Shown here one piece after another: positions 23,400 through 38,475 of a DNA stretch of 64,000 nucleotides. Both the position numbers and the translations under genes were made by a program. The number at the start of each line of letters is the position of its first letter. Within the stretch, counting starts at the first letter, position 1. A model generated the notes under the pieces. That model ran no database searches, was not told the origin of the DNA, and saw nothing but the letters and a program-made list of their open reading frames with translations. The DNA is from Escherichia coli (GTDB taxonomy: Bacteria; Pseudomonadota; Gammaproteobacteria; Enterobacterales; Enterobacteriaceae). The stretch lies in assembly GCF_003991155.1 (NCBI RefSeq), contig NZ_CP031293.1, one strand, 5' to 3'.

Positions 23400-26300
23400 T
23401 TAAGCGATCGCGTTCTCTTCCAGTTCACGCATAAACTGGCGTACCCATTCGATACGCGTTTTCCGCTCGCTCAAATCCTGAATAAACTTCAGACGCGTCG
23501 GACCATCAAGGCGGTAATGCTGCGGCTGTTTTTGCAGCAAACCAATCAACCAGGCCGGATTAACGTGATTCTTCTCGGCAAATTCGATCACGCCGCCTTT
23601 CTCATTACCTTCCAGCTTCCTGATCCCCAGTTTCTGCGCTTGCTGGCGCAGACGGGCAATATCCAACAGGGTACGCGCCGGATCCGGCAGCAGGCCGAAG
23701 CGATCGATAAGCTCGACTTTGATCTCTTCCAGTTCGTTTTCCGTTTTGGCGCTGGCAATACGTTTGTAGAACGACAGACGCGTGTTCACGTCAGGGATGA
23801 AATCATCTGGCAATAGCGACGGCATCCGCAGCTCGACTTCTGTTTGCTGGCTGGTGAGATCTTCCAGCGACGGCTCGCGTCCGGCTTTCAGCACATCGAC
23901 GGCGTTTTCCAGCAACTCCATATACAGCGAGAAACCGATGGTTTCCATTGAGCCGCTTTGTTCTTCGCCAAGCAGTTCACCTGCGCCGCGGATCTCCAGA
24001 TCGTGCGTTGCCAGCGCAAAACCTGCACCGAGATCTTCCAGCGAGGCAATCGCTTCAAGACGTTTTTGCGCATCGGTAGTCATCGCTTTTGGATGCGGTG
24101 TCAGCAACCATGCATATGCCTGGTGGTGCGAACGCCCGACGCGACCGCGCAACTGGTGCAACTGTGCCAGACCGAAGTGATCCGCACGTTCAATGATAAT
24201 GGTGTTGGCGGTAGGAATGTCGATCCCGGTTTCGATAATGGTGGTACAAACCAGCACGTTGAAACGTTGATGATGGAAATCATTCATCACCCGTTCCAGT
24301 TCGCGCTCACGCATTTGCCCGTGACCGATGGCAATCCGCGCTTCAGGCACCAGTTCTGCCAGCCGTTCGGCGGCTTTCTGGATGTTTTCCACATCATTGT
24401 AAAGATAATAAACCTGCCCCCCGCGCAAAATTTCACGCAGGATCGCCTCCCTGACCACCAGGCTGTCATACTCACGGACAAAGGTTTTAACTGCCAGACG
24501 ACGGGCGGGCGGCGTGGCGATAATCGACAGGTCACGCATTCCGCTCATTGCCATATTCAGCGTACGTGGGATCGGCGTTGCGGTAAGTGTCAGAATATCC
24601 ACGTTCGCCCGCATCGCTTTAATGCGCTCTTTATGACGCACCCCGAAGCGGTGTTCTTCATCGACAATCAGCAGACCTAAATCTTTAAACTTGACGTCAT
24701 TTTGCAGCAGTTTGTGCGTACCGATCAGAATATCGATTTTCCCTTCCGCCACTTCCGCAAGGATTTGCGTCTGCTCTTTGGCGCTGCGGAAACGGGAGAT
24801 CATTTCGATACGTACCGGCCAGTTGGCGAAACGGTCGCGGAAGTTGTCGTAATGCTGCTGCGCGAGAAGGGTGGTAGGCACCAGCACCGCCACCTGTTTG
24901 TGGTTATCTACCGCCAGGAAAGCGGCGCGCATCGCCACTTCTGTTTTACCAAAGCCAACATCGCCGCACACCAGACGATCCATTGCCAGCGGCTGACACA
25001 TGTCGCTAAGCACCGCATTAATGGCCTGTGTCTGATCCGGCGTGGTTTCAAACGGGAAGCTGTCGCAGAACAACTGATACTGCTCACGATCGTGTTTAAA
25101 CGCGAAGCCCTCTTTGGCGGCGCGTTGCGCGTAGATATCCAGCAATTCTGCTGCCACATCACGCACTTTTTCCGCCGCTTTCTGCCGCGCGCGTGACCAC
25201 GCATCGCCGCCAAGTTTATGCAGCGGGGCGTTTTCTTCCGCGCCACCTGCGTAACGGCTAATCAGATGCAGTGACGACACCGGAACATACAGTTTGGCGT
25301 CGTTGGCATAGGTGAGCATCAAATACTCGCCAGTAATGCCGCCCGCTTCGAGCGTGGTCATTCCGGCATAGCGCCCGACACCGTGCTCCAGATGGACCAC
25401 CGGCTGACCAATGTGCAGCTCCGCGAGGTTACGGATCAGTGTATCGGGGTTGATGGCGCGGCGAGAATCCTGACGACGACGGGCAACGCGTTCACCGAGC
25501 AGATCGCTTTCGCAAATCAGCGCCAGATTACGTACCGTATCGACAAAACCATGTTCGGCAGCGCCAATCATCAGATAACGCCCACGGTCTTTGGCTTCAT
25601 CAAGACGCATAATGCGTTGCGGAGCAATTTTAATTCGCGCGAGCAGTTCACCCAGCGCTTCACGGCGACCTTCACTTTCTACCGAGAACACCACCGGACC
25701 GTCGAAAGACTCGAGGAACTTACGCAGCGCATCCAGCGGTGCTTTTTGTTGTGCCTGAACGGCCAGGTCTGGCAGTTTCTGGAAACCTAAATTGGCATTC
25801 GCGGCTTTTGTCGGTAAATGTTCAGTTTTTAGCTGCACTCGGGGCCAGTTTTTCAGCTCTGAGAAGAGCTCGTCCACCCGCAGCCAGAGCGATTGTGGTG
25901 GCAACAGTGGGCGCATCGGATCGACGCCGCGATTCTCAAAACGCGCCAGCGTGTCAGCCTGGAAACGTTCGGCACTGTTTTCCAGATCGCCAGTATTCAC
26001 CAGCAAGGTATTGGCAGGGAAATAACTGAACAGCGGCGGCAGTGGTTCGCTGAAGAATAGCGGCTGCCAGTACTCGATCCCGGCAGGTAATGTGCCTTTA
26101 CTCACTTGCTGGTAAATATGTTCCGGATCGCGCTTCACTTCGAAGGTATCGCGCCACTGGCTGCGGAACAGTTCAATTGCCGCTTTATCGGTCGGAAATT
26201 CGTGCGCGGGCAGCAGATTGATCGCTTCTACTTCCTCCAGCGTGCGCTGGCTGTCGACGTCAAACACCCGCAGGCTGTCGATTTCATCATCAAAGAAATC

Positions 26301-26846
26301 AAGACGATAAGGCAGCTCACTCCCCATCGGGAAGAGATCCAGCAACGCGCCGCGCGTGGCGTATTCGCCGTGCTCCATCACCTGGTCAACATGGCGATAA
26401 CCGGCGCTGTCCAGTTGGGTTCGTAATGCATCTCGTGACAGGCGCTGACCTTTTTTCATCACCAGCGCATGGCCGTGGAGAAAACTGTGCGGGCAAACGC
26501 GCTGCATAAGCGTATTCACCGGAACAATCAGTACGCCACGCTGCATCGTCGGTAGCTGGTAAAGGGTGGAAAGGCGCGAGGAGATAATGTCCTGATGAGG
26601 CGAAAAACTGTCGTAGGGAAGAGTTTCCCAGTCCGCCAGATTCATCACCATCTGGTCGGTAAACTGGCTAATTTCATCATGCAAACGCAGAGCATTTTGC
26701 ATATCTGGCGCAATAAGCACCACTGGTCCGGCGTGACGTTCGGCAATTTCCGCCACCAGTGTCGCGCAGGCAGCGCCAGTTAACTCGCCCAGCAGACGCT
26801 GCTCACCCGCTTTGACGGGCAGCGTATAACGATATTGTTCAGGCAT
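23400..26846 (-). CDS. mfd: Transcription-repair coupling factor
   Basis: ORF trimmed to MPEQYRYTLPVKAGEQ (1148 aa) by codon arithmetic on the ORF track; my hand count of this line was off by one base; superfamily-2 helicase motifs GDVGFGKTE and DEEHRFG. Confidence 0.94.
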   Translation of the reverse strand: MPEQYRYTLPVKAGEQRLLGELTGAACATLVAEIAERHAGPVVLIAPDMQNALRLHDEISQFTDQMVMNLADWETLPYDSFSPHQDIISSRLSTLYQLPTMQRGVLIVPVNTLMQRVCPHSFLHGHALVMKKGQRLSRDALRTQLDSAGYRHVDQVMEHGEYATRGALLDLFPMGSELPYRLDFFDDEIDSLRVFDVDSQRTLEEVEAINLLPAHEFPTDKAAIELFRSQWRDTFEVKRDPEHIYQQVSKGTLPAGIEYWQPLFFSEPLPPLFSYFPANTLLVNTGDLENSAERFQADTLARFENRGVDPMRPLLPPQSLWLRVDELFSELKNWPRVQLKTEHLPTKAANANLGFQKLPDLAVQAQQKAPLDALRKFLESFDGPVVFSVESEGRREALGELLARIKIAPQRIMRLDEAKDRGRYLMIGAAEHGFVDTVRNLALICESDLLGERVARRRQDSRRAINPDTLIRNLAELHIGQPVVHLEHGVGRYAGMTTLEAGGITGEYLMLTYANDAKLYVPVSSLHLISRYAGGAEENAPLHKLGGDAWSRARQKAAEKVRDVAAELLDIYAQRAAKEGFAFKHDREQYQLFCDSFPFETTPDQTQAINAVLSDMCQPLAMDRLVCGDVGFGKTEVAMRAAFLAVDNHKQVAVLVPTTLLAQQHYDNFRDRFANWPVRIEMISRFRSAKEQTQILAEVAEGKIDILIGTHKLLQNDVKFKDLGLLIVDEEHRFGVRHKERIKAMRANVDILTLTATPIPRTLNMAMSGMRDLSIIATPPARRLAVKTFVREYDSLVVREAILREILRGGQVYYLYNDVENIQKAAERLAELVPEARIAIGHGQMRERELERVMNDFHHQRFNVLVCTTIIETGIDIPTANTIIIERADHFGLAQLHQLRGRVGRSHHQAYAWLLTPHPKAMTTDAQKRLEAIASLEDLGAGFALATHDLEIRGAGELLGEEQSGSMETIGFSLYMELLENAVDVLKAGREPSLEDLTSQQTEVELRMPSLLPDDFIPDVNTRLSFYKRIASAKTENELEEIKVELIDRFGLLPDPARTLLDIARLRQQAQKLGIRKLEGNEKGGVIEFAEKNHVNPAWLIGLLQKQPQHYRLDGPTRLKFIQDLSERKTRIEWVRQFMRELEENAIA

Positions 26847-26973
26847 AACGGTTGTCAGATTCTCGTTAGGATATGCCTCAACATATGGGGGCATATCTCT
26901 GATAAGCAATGCTGTTCATTATCCGTAATCGACATGGTTTAGCAAATTGAATCGCCCCGGCTGGGGCGATGGC

Positions 26974-28047
26974 TTAGCGGGAGTAACTGACGGCCGCGGG
27001 CAGAGAAGGCGGGGAGAACAACAGATCGCTGAATGCACGCTGTGAAAGTTTTCTTACCAGCAAGCCCGCAACAGTACAGAGGAACAAACTGACAAAGGGA
27101 TAAACCAGCAGGAGTGTCAGTTCGACTTGCGGCGACCAGCGTGCTGCGTTCATTTGCGCAAGTAGAGTTAAGCTGAATATTTCAACCAGAATGCGATGGG
27201 TGGTGTAGATAGCAATGGTGTTGGAGCCAATCACATTCAGCAGGCTGGTGGAGCGCATACCGAATCGTTGCTCGTATTGATAAAACAGCTTCATGATCAC
27301 CACAATCGATACCAGCGACAACAGCAGCGAGATAGTAAACAACCAGGCACCGACCGCCAGAACGGTAAGCAAAGAAGCCATCAGCAGATGGCGGCGCAAC
27401 GGCACCTCTTTAACACAGGTCATTATTGTTGCGCCAAACCATGCGCCAAGGCTGTAATAAGGCAAATTGCGGATCACACTGTTCATTCCCCACCACGGCG
27501 TGGGAACGAAATTAACCGCCACACTCATCAGTACAAACAAGGCGAATAGTGGCAGCGCCAGACGGCTAAAAATTTTACATACCACGAAATAGACAATTAA
27601 CGCATACAGATACCACAAGCTGGTGCTGGCGGTGATCATCCCGTGCAGGAACTCACCGGTGGAATCGGCATAAGCGGCATTGGAGGCATTGCTTAAATCG
27701 CGCTCAGGTGCCAGCCACTGGTTCAACGCACTTAACGCCAGCCACTGCACCACGCCCCAAAGCGCCAGCACCCAGAAGATGTTCCAGATGCGTTTATCAA
27801 GACAATTTCCCCATGGTACGCTGTCGATATAGCGGCGAATCAAATAGCCGGAAATAAAGAAAAAAACCGGCATACGAAAGGGGGCAAGGTAAAGATTGAA
27901 ATAGATCCAGCATTTGCTCAGGACTTCCGATAACGGATGCTGAAAAGTGGTGAGATGCGGATAAAAGGTAATGACCGAGTGATAAATCACCACCAGACAA
28001 ATACATAACCCTTTGATCTGGTTAATCCATAGCTCTTTTTGTTTCAT
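26974..28047 (-). CDS. ycfT: Inner-membrane acyltransferase-3 family protein
   Basis: 357-aa polytopic membrane ORF. Confidence 0.85.
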   Translation of the reverse strand: MKQKELWINQIKGLCICLVVIYHSVITFYPHLTTFQHPLSEVLSKCWIYFNLYLAPFRMPVFFFISGYLIRRYIDSVPWGNCLDKRIWNIFWVLALWGVVQWLALSALNQWLAPERDLSNASNAAYADSTGEFLHGMITASTSLWYLYALIVYFVVCKIFSRLALPLFALFVLMSVAVNFVPTPWWGMNSVIRNLPYYSLGAWFGATIMTCVKEVPLRRHLLMASLLTVLAVGAWLFTISLLLSLVSIVVIMKLFYQYEQRFGMRSTSLLNVIGSNTIAIYTTHRILVEIFSLTLLAQMNAARWSPQVELTLLLVYPFVSLFLCTVAGLLVRKLSQRAFSDLLFSPPSLPAAVSYSR

Positions 28048-28196
28048 CAGGACAACACGCTCTTTTTATTTAACATGCTGTTGATCCTGAGGGGCCAGTC
28101 GCGTGGTGTAATGCGTATCTGTCTGTATTTGGTTATTTTTCAGATAAAGATCAGGCCACAAGGCCAATGAGATAATGAGGCCCTTTAGTCGATTGA

Positions 28197-31445
<3,249 letters not shown>

Positions 31446-31473
31446 AGGCAGTACATTAAAACAAGGAGCGGCA

Positions 31474-32385
31474 ATGTATTACGGGTTTGATATTGGTGGA
31501 ACAAAAATTGCGCTAGGCGTGTTTGATAGCGGTCGGCAGTTGCAGTGGGAAAAGCGGGTGCCGACACCGCGTGACAGCTATGACGCATTTTTAGATGCAG
31601 TGTGCGAGATGGTAGCCGAAGCTGATAAGCGTTTTGGCTGTAAAGGTTCTGTCGGCATCGGTATTCCGGGAATGCCGGAAACAGAAGATGGCACGCTGTA
31701 TGCCGCCAATGTCCCCGCTGCCAGCGGTAAACCGCTGCGTGCCGACCTGAGCGCACGTCTTGATCGCGATGTCCGCCTTGATAACGATGCCAACTGTTTT
31801 GCCCTTTCAGAAGCCTGGGATGATGAATTTACTCAATATCCACTGGTGATGGGGTTGATTCTCGGCACCGGCGTTGGCGGCGGGCTGATTTTCAACGGTA
31901 AACCAATTACCGGTAAAAGCTATATTACCGGCGAATTTGGCCATATGCGTCTGCCGGTTGATGCGTTAACCATGATGGGGCTGGATTTCCCGTTACGCCG
32001 CTGCGGCTGTGGTCAGCATGGCTGCATTGAAAATTATCTGTCTGGTCGCGGTTTTGCGTGGCTGTATCAACACTATTATCATCAACCGTTGCAGGCTCCT
32101 GAGATCATTGCGCTTTATGATCAAGACGATGAGCAGGCAAGGGCGCACGTTGAGCGTTATCTGGATTTATTAGCGGTTTGTCTGGGAAATATCCTGACCA
32201 TTGTTGACCCTGACCTGGTCGTCATTGGTGGAGGCTTATCGAATTTCCCGGCAATCACAACGCAACTGGCGGACAGGCTGCCTCGTCATCTCTTACCTGT
32301 AGCTCGTGTTCCGCGCATTGAACGCGCGCGCCACGGTGATGCGGGGGGAATGCGTGGTGCGGCCTTCCTACATCTAACCGATTAA
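31474..32385 (+). CDS. nagK: N-acetyl-D-glucosamine kinase (ROK family)
   Basis: ORF trimmed to ATG 31474 ([18 protein letters not shown]..., 303 aa); ROK zinc motif CGCGQHGC. Confidence 0.9.
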   Translation: MYYGFDIGGTKIALGVFDSGRQLQWEKRVPTPRDSYDAFLDAVCEMVAEADKRFGCKGSVGIGIPGMPETEDGTLYAANVPAASGKPLRADLSARLDRDVRLDNDANCFALSEAWDDEFTQYPLVMGLILGTGVGGGLIFNGKPITGKSYITGEFGHMRLPVDALTMMGLDFPLRRCGCGQHGCIENYLSGRGFAWLYQHYYHQPLQAPEIIALYDQDDEQARAHVERYLDLLAVCLGNILTIVDPDLVVIGGGLSNFPAITTQLADRLPRHLLPVARVPRIERARHGDAGGMRGAAFLHLTD

Positions 32386-32400
32386 TCAACAGAGGTTGCT

Positions 32401-33222
32401 ATGCTGTCGCGTCGGGGTCATCGGTTAAGTCGTTTTCGTAAAAATAAACGCCGCCTGCGCGAGCGTTTGCGTCAGCGTATTTTTTTCAGAGATAAAGTGG
32501 TGCCGGAAGCAATGGAAAAACCAAGAGTACTCGTACTGACAGGGGCAGGGATTTCTGCGGAATCAGGTATTCGTACCTTTCGCGCCGCAGATGGCCTGTG
32601 GGAAGAACATCGGGTTGAAGATGTGGCAACGCCGGAAGGTTTCGATCGCGATCCTGAACTGGTACAAGCGTTTTATAACGCCCGTCGCCGACAGCTGCAG
32701 CAGCCAGAAATTCAGCCTAACGCCGCGCATCTTGCGCTGGCTAAACTGCAAGACGCCCTCGGCGATCGCTTTTTGCTGGTGACGCAGAATATCGACAACC
32801 TTCATGAGCGTGCCGGTAACACCAATGTGATTCATATGCATGGGGAACTGCTGAAAGTTCGTTGTTCACAAAGTGGTCAGGTTCTCGACTGGACCGGAGA
32901 CGTTACCCCAGAAGATAAATGCCATTGCTGCCAGTTCCCGGCACCCTTGCGACCGCACGTAGTGTGGTTTGGCGAAATGCCACTCGGCATGGATGAAATT
33001 TATATGGCGTTGTCGATGGCCGATATTTTCATTGCCATTGGTACTTCGGGGCATGTTTATCCAGCGGCTGGGTTTGTTCACGAAGCGAAACTGCATGGCG
33101 CGCACACCGTGGAACTGAATCTTGAACCAAGTCAGGTCGGTAATGAATTTGCCGAGAAATATTACGGCCCGGCAAGCCAGGTGGTGCCAGAATTTGTTGA
33201 AAAGTTGCTGAAGGGCTTATAA
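32401..33222 (+). CDS. cobB: NAD-dependent protein deacylase (sirtuin)
   Basis: 273-aa ORF with basic N-terminal extension and Sir2 motifs [14 protein letters not shown] and zinc-ribbon Cys pairs. Confidence 0.92.
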   Translation: MLSRRGHRLSRFRKNKRRLRERLRQRIFFRDKVVPEAMEKPRVLVLTGAGISAESGIRTFRAADGLWEEHRVEDVATPEGFDRDPELVQAFYNARRRQLQQPEIQPNAAHLALAKLQDALGDRFLLVTQNIDNLHERAGNTNVIHMHGELLKVRCSQSGQVLDWTGDVTPEDKCHCCQFPAPLRPHVVWFGEMPLGMDEIYMALSMADIFIAIGTSGHVYPAAGFVHEAKLHGAHTVELNLEPSQVGNEFAEKYYGPASQVVPEFVEKLLKGL

Positions 33223-33234
33223 AGCAGGAAGCAT

Positions 33235-33335
33235 TGCCTGATGCGCTACGCTTATCAGGCCTACAAGGGGACGCAATTAATTGAATTTGCGGGTTTTGTG
33301 GGCCAGATAAGGCGTTCGCGCCGCATCCGGCATAA
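33235..33335. repeat. REP-like palindromic repeats
   Basis: gcctgatgcgctacgcttatcaggcctac and gccagataaggcgttcgcgccgcatccggcat palindromic units between cobB and ycfZ. Confidence 0.55.
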
Positions 33336-33359
33336 TAGACGCACACTTTACTGCCTCTT

Positions 33360-34148
33360 TTACCGTTTACTCGTCAATAACAACGCGGCAATAAACGTAC
33401 AGACACCAATCAGCCCTGCCCAGAGCGGCGATATTCTGGTAATTGCAAAGCTATTATCGATATACAGGCATAAAGCCTGATAGCCCATATTGGCAACAGT
33501 CATCGCCACTGCAAACTTTAATGCATAATTAAGGCGCGTCGTGTAGTTAAAAAATGCCGTAAAGACGATGAATGCAACCGCCCAGGCAAAAAGGCCTAAT
33601 GTCGTGGTACTGCCGGGTGGATCATTTTCATGCTGTTGTCCGGGATGCGGATAATATGTCAGTGGTGGCGTCGGTTGTTTTAATATCTGTGCTTGTAAAA
33701 CAGCCAATGCATTATTGATACCCTGATACCAGAGATCCGCATGTAAATAAGCCAGCGTGTGATTTTCTACCAGAAGGCCGAGATGTTTATCGTCCATACT
33801 GCTTTCGACCTGGCCGTTGGTTATCATAATTAACCGTGGCTCGCGGGTAGTAAAGAGTAACAGAACACTTCCTTTTACATTACTCATTGAAGATGCCGCA
33901 TGCGCCAGCATCGCTTTGCCATTTTGCCTGAGACTGGCTTCATTATTAATGTCGGGTAAAACCACAATAAACGGTGCAACTCCGGTTTGTTGGCGAAAAA
34001 GTTCGGCTTTATGCGCGATCTCTTCAGCATCTGGTACAGTACCGGTAACATCCGTAAAAAGTGTCTTCATTATTGGAATTAAGGGCTTACTGATTGCCGT
34101 CAGAGGCAGGAACATCAGTAAACTGAGCAGTATCATGATTTTTTTCAT
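33360..34148 (-). CDS. ycfZ: Membrane protein YcfZ (DUF2167)
   Basis: 262-aa ORF with signal peptide and C-terminal transmembrane segments. Confidence 0.85.
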   Translation of the reverse strand: MKKIMILLSLLMFLPLTAISKPLIPIMKTLFTDVTGTVPDAEEIAHKAELFRQQTGVAPFIVVLPDINNEASLRQNGKAMLAHAASSMSNVKGSVLLLFTTREPRLIMITNGQVESSMDDKHLGLLVENHTLAYLHADLWYQGINNALAVLQAQILKQPTPPLTYYPHPGQQHENDPPGSTTTLGLFAWAVAFIVFTAFFNYTTRLNYALKFAVAMTVANMGYQALCLYIDNSFAITRISPLWAGLIGVCTFIAALLLTSKR

Positions 34149-34606
34149 GGGCGGGACTTCCGTTTCCTGCGTGTCTTTTTAGAGGAGGGCATACTGATTA
34201 ATAAACCGACGGCGATAAAAATAACGCCCATAATGCCGATAAACCCCCATTTAAAAAAATTAACCCACGGGTTATTTATCTCAGCCTTTTCAGGATGTCC
34301 TGGAGAATAATAAACATTAACTTTATCGCCTTCGCTGTCTTCATAAAAATCGCTGCCAATACTCGAATTGAAAATTAGCGTGTAATCTGGCGTCGGACGA
34401 AAGGCAACGACGGGATACCACGAACCATTTTTACCCGTGCGATGAGAATGACTGGAGTGCCAGACGGTATCAACAATGACGCCTTCAGTATGAATCGCGT
34501 CTTTGCTATAGGTGAACTGGTTATAAAAGATAACAACAGAAATGAGGATCAGTACCAGACCGATACCGAAGAATATACGAAAGAAAACTTTACTGTCCTG
34601 ACTCAT
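34145..34606 (-). CDS. ymfA: Inner-membrane protein YmfA (DUF3592)
   Basis: ORF trimmed to ATG (plus-strand cat 34604-34606): [22 protein letters not shown]..., 153 aa; 4-nt overlap with ycfZ. Confidence 0.8.
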   Translation of the reverse strand: MSQDSKVFFRIFFGIGLVLILISVVIFYNQFTYSKDAIHTEGVIVDTVWHSSHSHRTGKNGSWYPVVAFRPTPDYTLIFNSSIGSDFYEDSEGDKVNVYYSPGHPEKAEINNPWVNFFKWGFIGIMGVIFIAVGLLISMPSSKKTRRKRKSRP

Positions 34607-34663
34607 TAGCCACATCCTTGCTAAATAAAAAACGGGCGGTAATACCACCGCCCGCTTGCTGAA

Positions 34664-35710
34664 TTAACGTCCTGCTTTCAGCTTCTGATAATACTCTTCA
34701 TAAATGCTGCTGGCTGCGCCAACGTCATTCTGCCATTCACCATTTTTAATGGTTTCAGCATCCGGGTAGAGCGTTTTATCGTTCGCCACTTCCGGACTTA
34801 ACAGCTTACGCGCCGCAAGGTTTGGCGTTGGATAACCGATAGTTTCAGCAACCTGTTTTGCCACATCGGGGCGCAGCAGGAAGTTGATCAATTTCAGCGC
34901 ACCTTCTTTGTTTTTGGCATTTGCCGGGATCGCCAGGCTGTCCATCCAGAAAATGCCGCCTTCTTTCGGCCACACCACGTCAATTGGCGTACCCGCCTGC
35001 CGTGCAACGAAAGCAGAACCGTTCCAGATCATGCCGAGGTTAACTTCGCCTTCCATGTACGGGTTAGCCGGGTTATCGGAGTTAAACGCTGCGACGTTTG
35101 GCATCAGTTTTTTCAGCTCGTTATATGCAGCTTCAATCTCTTTCGGATCGGTAGTGTTACCGGAGTAGCCCAGTTTGCGCAGCGCCATCTGGAACACTTC
35201 ACGGGCATCGTCGGTCAGCAGCAGGCTGCCTTTGTACTCAGGCTTCCACAGATCGGCCCAGCTGGTAACGGATTTCGGATCTACCGCATCACCGTTAACG
35301 CCAATCGCCGTCGCACCCCAGATATACGGAATGGAGTAGTCGTTATTCGGGTCAAACGGCTTGTTGAGCATGTCTGGATCGAGGTTGCTGAAATTGCTTA
35401 ACTTCGACTTGTCGATCTTCTGGATCATCCCTTCTTTACGCATTTTATCGACGTAATAGGTTGAAGGAACCACCAGGTCATAGGCACCGTCTTTGTACGT
35501 TTTCAGCTTGGCATACATGGTTTCGTTCGACTCGTAAGTCGAATAGATAACCTTAATACCGGTTTCTTTGGTGAACTGTTCAAGCAGTCCTGGCGGCACG
35601 TACTCGGTCCAGTTGTAGAAATACAGCGTGTTGTTGTCATCGGCGTGAGCGGCGCTCATGCCCAGTGCCAGAGCACCCGCCGCGAGCAGGTGGCGTGACC
35701 ATTTTTTCAT
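34664..35710 (-). CDS. potD: Spermidine/putrescine ABC transporter periplasmic binding protein
   Basis: 348-aa ORF with signal peptide; last gene of potABCD. Confidence 0.95.
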   Translation of the reverse strand: MKKWSRHLLAAGALALGMSAAHADDNNTLYFYNWTEYVPPGLLEQFTKETGIKVIYSTYESNETMYAKLKTYKDGAYDLVVPSTYYVDKMRKEGMIQKIDKSKLSNFSNLDPDMLNKPFDPNNDYSIPYIWGATAIGVNGDAVDPKSVTSWADLWKPEYKGSLLLTDDAREVFQMALRKLGYSGNTTDPKEIEAAYNELKKLMPNVAAFNSDNPANPYMEGEVNLGMIWNGSAFVARQAGTPIDVVWPKEGGIFWMDSLAIPANAKNKEGALKLINFLLRPDVAKQVAETIGYPTPNLAARKLLSPEVANDKTLYPDAETIKNGEWQNDVGAASSIYEEYYQKLKAGR

Positions 35711-36501
35711 TTAACGTCCCCTGTGTTACCTTTCGTTTTATCACGAGCAATAAGCTGGCTGGCAATTACCATCACCAGCGACAGCACCAGTAATATGGTT
35801 GCCAGCGCGTTAACTTCCGGCGATACGCCGACTTTGACCATCGAATAAATTTTTAACGGCAGAATTTCATAACTCGGCCCGGTGACAAACGAAGAAACCA
35901 CCACGTCGTCCATCGACAGGGTAAAGCTTAACACCCAGCCCGCCGCTACCGCTGGCATTGCCAGTGGCAGAATGATTTTTCGCAGAATGGTAAATTCGCT
36001 GGCACCGAGATCTTTCGCCGCTTCCAGCATTCGCACGTCAAAACCTTTCAGGCGCGAATACACTGTCACTACCACAAATGGCAGGCAGAAGGTGATATGC
36101 GAGAACAGCAGCGACCAGAAGCCAAGCTGAATACCCAGCAGCATAAACAGCACCAGCAGCGAAATCGCCATCACGATATCTGGTGACATCATCACCACAA
36201 ACAGCATTCCGCTAACGAACGGCTTACCACGAAAGCGATAACGGTACAGCGCAACTGCCGTCAGTGAACCGATAAGCGTAGCAAACGTCGCCGAAAACAC
36301 CGCCATTGTTAGTGAATGCTGCGCTGCCTGTAACAGGCTGTCGTTGTTCATCAGCAGGCTATACCATTTGGTGGTAAAACCTTGCCAGTTGATGCCAAAG
36401 CGCGAGCTGTTAAAGGAGTTCACAATCAAAATAATGATTGGGATATACAGGTACGCGTAGATAGCGGTCATAAAACCGCCGCGAAGCAGTCGACCGATCA
36501 T
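35707..36501 (-). CDS. potC: Spermidine/putrescine ABC transporter permease
   Basis: 264-aa membrane ORF, 4-nt overlaps with potD and potB. Confidence 0.94.
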   Translation of the reverse strand: MIGRLLRGGFMTAIYAYLYIPIIILIVNSFNSSRFGINWQGFTTKWYSLLMNNDSLLQAAQHSLTMAVFSATFATLIGSLTAVALYRYRFRGKPFVSGMLFVVMMSPDIVMAISLLVLFMLLGIQLGFWSLLFSHITFCLPFVVVTVYSRLKGFDVRMLEAAKDLGASEFTILRKIILPLAMPAVAAGWVLSFTLSMDDVVVSSFVTGPSYEILPLKIYSMVKVGVSPEVNALATILLVLSLVMVIASQLIARDKTKGNTGDVK

Positions 36502-37325
36502 TCGAGTTCCACCTTTTTGTTCAGCAGACGAGAAGCGCGCCAGTAAACCAGCAACATCAGGCCCATTACGATAGTCAGCGTAATGCTGGTGGCTGCACCA
36601 AACGGCCAGTCACGAATATTGAGGAACTGTACTTTGATGACGTTACCGATCAGCAGGTTTTTCGCACCGCCCATCAGGTCGGACACATAGAACAGGCCCA
36701 TCGCTGGCAGCATCACCAGCAGACATCCGGCAATAATCCCCGGCATCGTCAGTGGAATAATGATGCGGATAAAAGTCTGTAACTTGCTGGCACCGAGATC
36801 GCGCGCCGCCTCAAGCAACGGCTTATCCAGTTTTTCGATACTGGAGTACAGCGGCATCACCATAAACGGTAGCAGAATGTAAACCAGACCGATAATCACC
36901 GCACTGGGCGTGAACATGATGCGAATTGGTGTATCAATAACGCCCAGCCAGAGCAAAAACTCGTTGAGATAGCCTTTGGTGCTGAGGAAAATTTTCAGCC
37001 CGTAGATACGAATCAATGAGTTGGTCCAGAACGGAACAATCAGCAGAAACAGCAGCAGCGGACGCACCTTGTGTGGCAACTTCGCCAGAAACCAGGCAAA
37101 CGGATAGCCAAGCACCAGGCAGGCGAGGGTGGTGATCAGCGCCATATTCAGCGAGTGCAATAGCACTTCAAAATAGAGCGGATCGAGCAGACGCGTGTAG
37201 TTATCCAGCGTAAAGACCATTTTGACGAAACTGGCGTCGTCGCGGGTCAAAAAGCTGGTGCCAATGATCATCAGGTTGGGCAGAAAGACAAACAACACAA
37301 GCCAACCGACAATAGTGACAATCAC
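36498..37325 (-). CDS. potB: Spermidine/putrescine ABC transporter permease
   Basis: ORF trimmed to GTG start (MIVTIVGWLVLFVF..., 275 aa). Confidence 0.9.
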   Translation of the reverse strand: MIVTIVGWLVLFVFLPNLMIIGTSFLTRDDASFVKMVFTLDNYTRLLDPLYFEVLLHSLNMALITTLACLVLGYPFAWFLAKLPHKVRPLLLFLLIVPFWTNSLIRIYGLKIFLSTKGYLNEFLLWLGVIDTPIRIMFTPSAVIIGLVYILLPFMVMPLYSSIEKLDKPLLEAARDLGASKLQTFIRIIIPLTMPGIIAGCLLVMLPAMGLFYVSDLMGGAKNLLIGNVIKVQFLNIRDWPFGAATSITLTIVMGLMLLVYWRASRLLNKKVELE

Positions 37326-37338
37326 TACATTCTGGAAC

Positions 37339-38475
37339 TTACTTGTGTTCTTCATCAGCCAGTACGACCTCCCAGCTTTCTACCCAATTAATGGCCATTT
37401 TTTGGTCGAGAGAGTGGTCAAAGTCAGGATCGTCTTCATTGAAGAATTCGCTGACCATCACCATCTTGCCATTTTCCAGTTCAACAACCGACTCCAGCGT
37501 CATGCCTTTGTAGTTACGCTCGCGAACGTAACCAATCAGCCCTTCAGCGTGGTTGTCGTCGTTAATCTCTTCAACACGTAAGTCTTCCGGGCGCAGCAGA
37601 ACATGCAGTTTTTGCCCCGGTTCAACGGCGAAGTTAACGTAGATATTACATTCGCGGCCTTCAACGTTGGCGCGTACGCGCTGCTCGTCGAGACGTTCGA
37701 TGACAGTGGCGTTAAACATATTGATTTCGCCAATAAACCCAGCAACAAACAGGTTTTTCGGCTCTTCGTAGATTTCACGCGGCGTGCCGTCTTGCTCAAT
37801 GCGACCATCGCGCATCACCACGATCCTGTCCGACATGGTAAGTGCTTCTTCCTGGTCGTGAGTTACGAACACGAATGTAATGCCAAGCTTACGCTGTAAC
37901 GCTTTCAGCTCGTTCTGCATCTGTTTACGCAGTTTGTAATCCAGCGCTGAGAGCGACTCATCCAGCAACAACAGACGAGGCTTGTTAACCACCGCGCGAG
38001 CAATGGCGACGCGTTGCTGTTGACCACCAGAGAGCTGATGCGGTTTGCGTTGAGCGAAGGTTTCCAGCTGCACCATCCGCAGGGCTTCCATCACGCGGGG
38101 CGTAATTTCAGCAGCGGGGGTTTTTTGCATGCGCAACCCAAAGGCCACATTTTCGAACACGGTCATGTGGGGGAAAAGTGCATAGCTTTGGAAAACAGTA
38201 TTCACATAGCGGTTTTCCGCCGGAACGTGGGTGATGTCCTCGTTATCCAGCATGATGCGTCCGGAATCAACAGTTTCCAGACCTGCAATCAGGCGAAGAA
38301 CGGTTGTTTTACCGCAGCCAGAAGGGCCAAGCAGCGTGAGGAACTCGCCATTGTTGATAGTCAGATCCAGCTGGGGAATGACCTCTTTACCATCAAAGCA
38401 TTTGCGAATTCCCGCCAATTGCACCAGCGGTGAAAGCGAACTCGGTTGTTTATTCAATTTTTTACTCTGTCCCAT
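37339..38475 (-). CDS. potA: Spermidine/putrescine ABC transporter ATPase
   Basis: 378-aa ORF; Walker [10 protein letters not shown], signature [10 protein letters not shown]. Confidence 0.95.

Noticed and set aside
23958-24680. 240-aa plus-strand ORF and several other plus-strand ORFs (23343-26783) inside the mfd region
   Set aside because: They are antisense to the 1148-aa mfd gene, which has clear helicase motifs; long spurious antisense frames are expected in GC-rich coding sequence; no RBS or conserved domain evident.
26954-26970. Hairpin cgccccggctggggcg between mfd start and ycfT end as a terminator
   Set aside because: No adjacent U-run on either strand; could be a weak terminator or REP fragment, so left uncalled.
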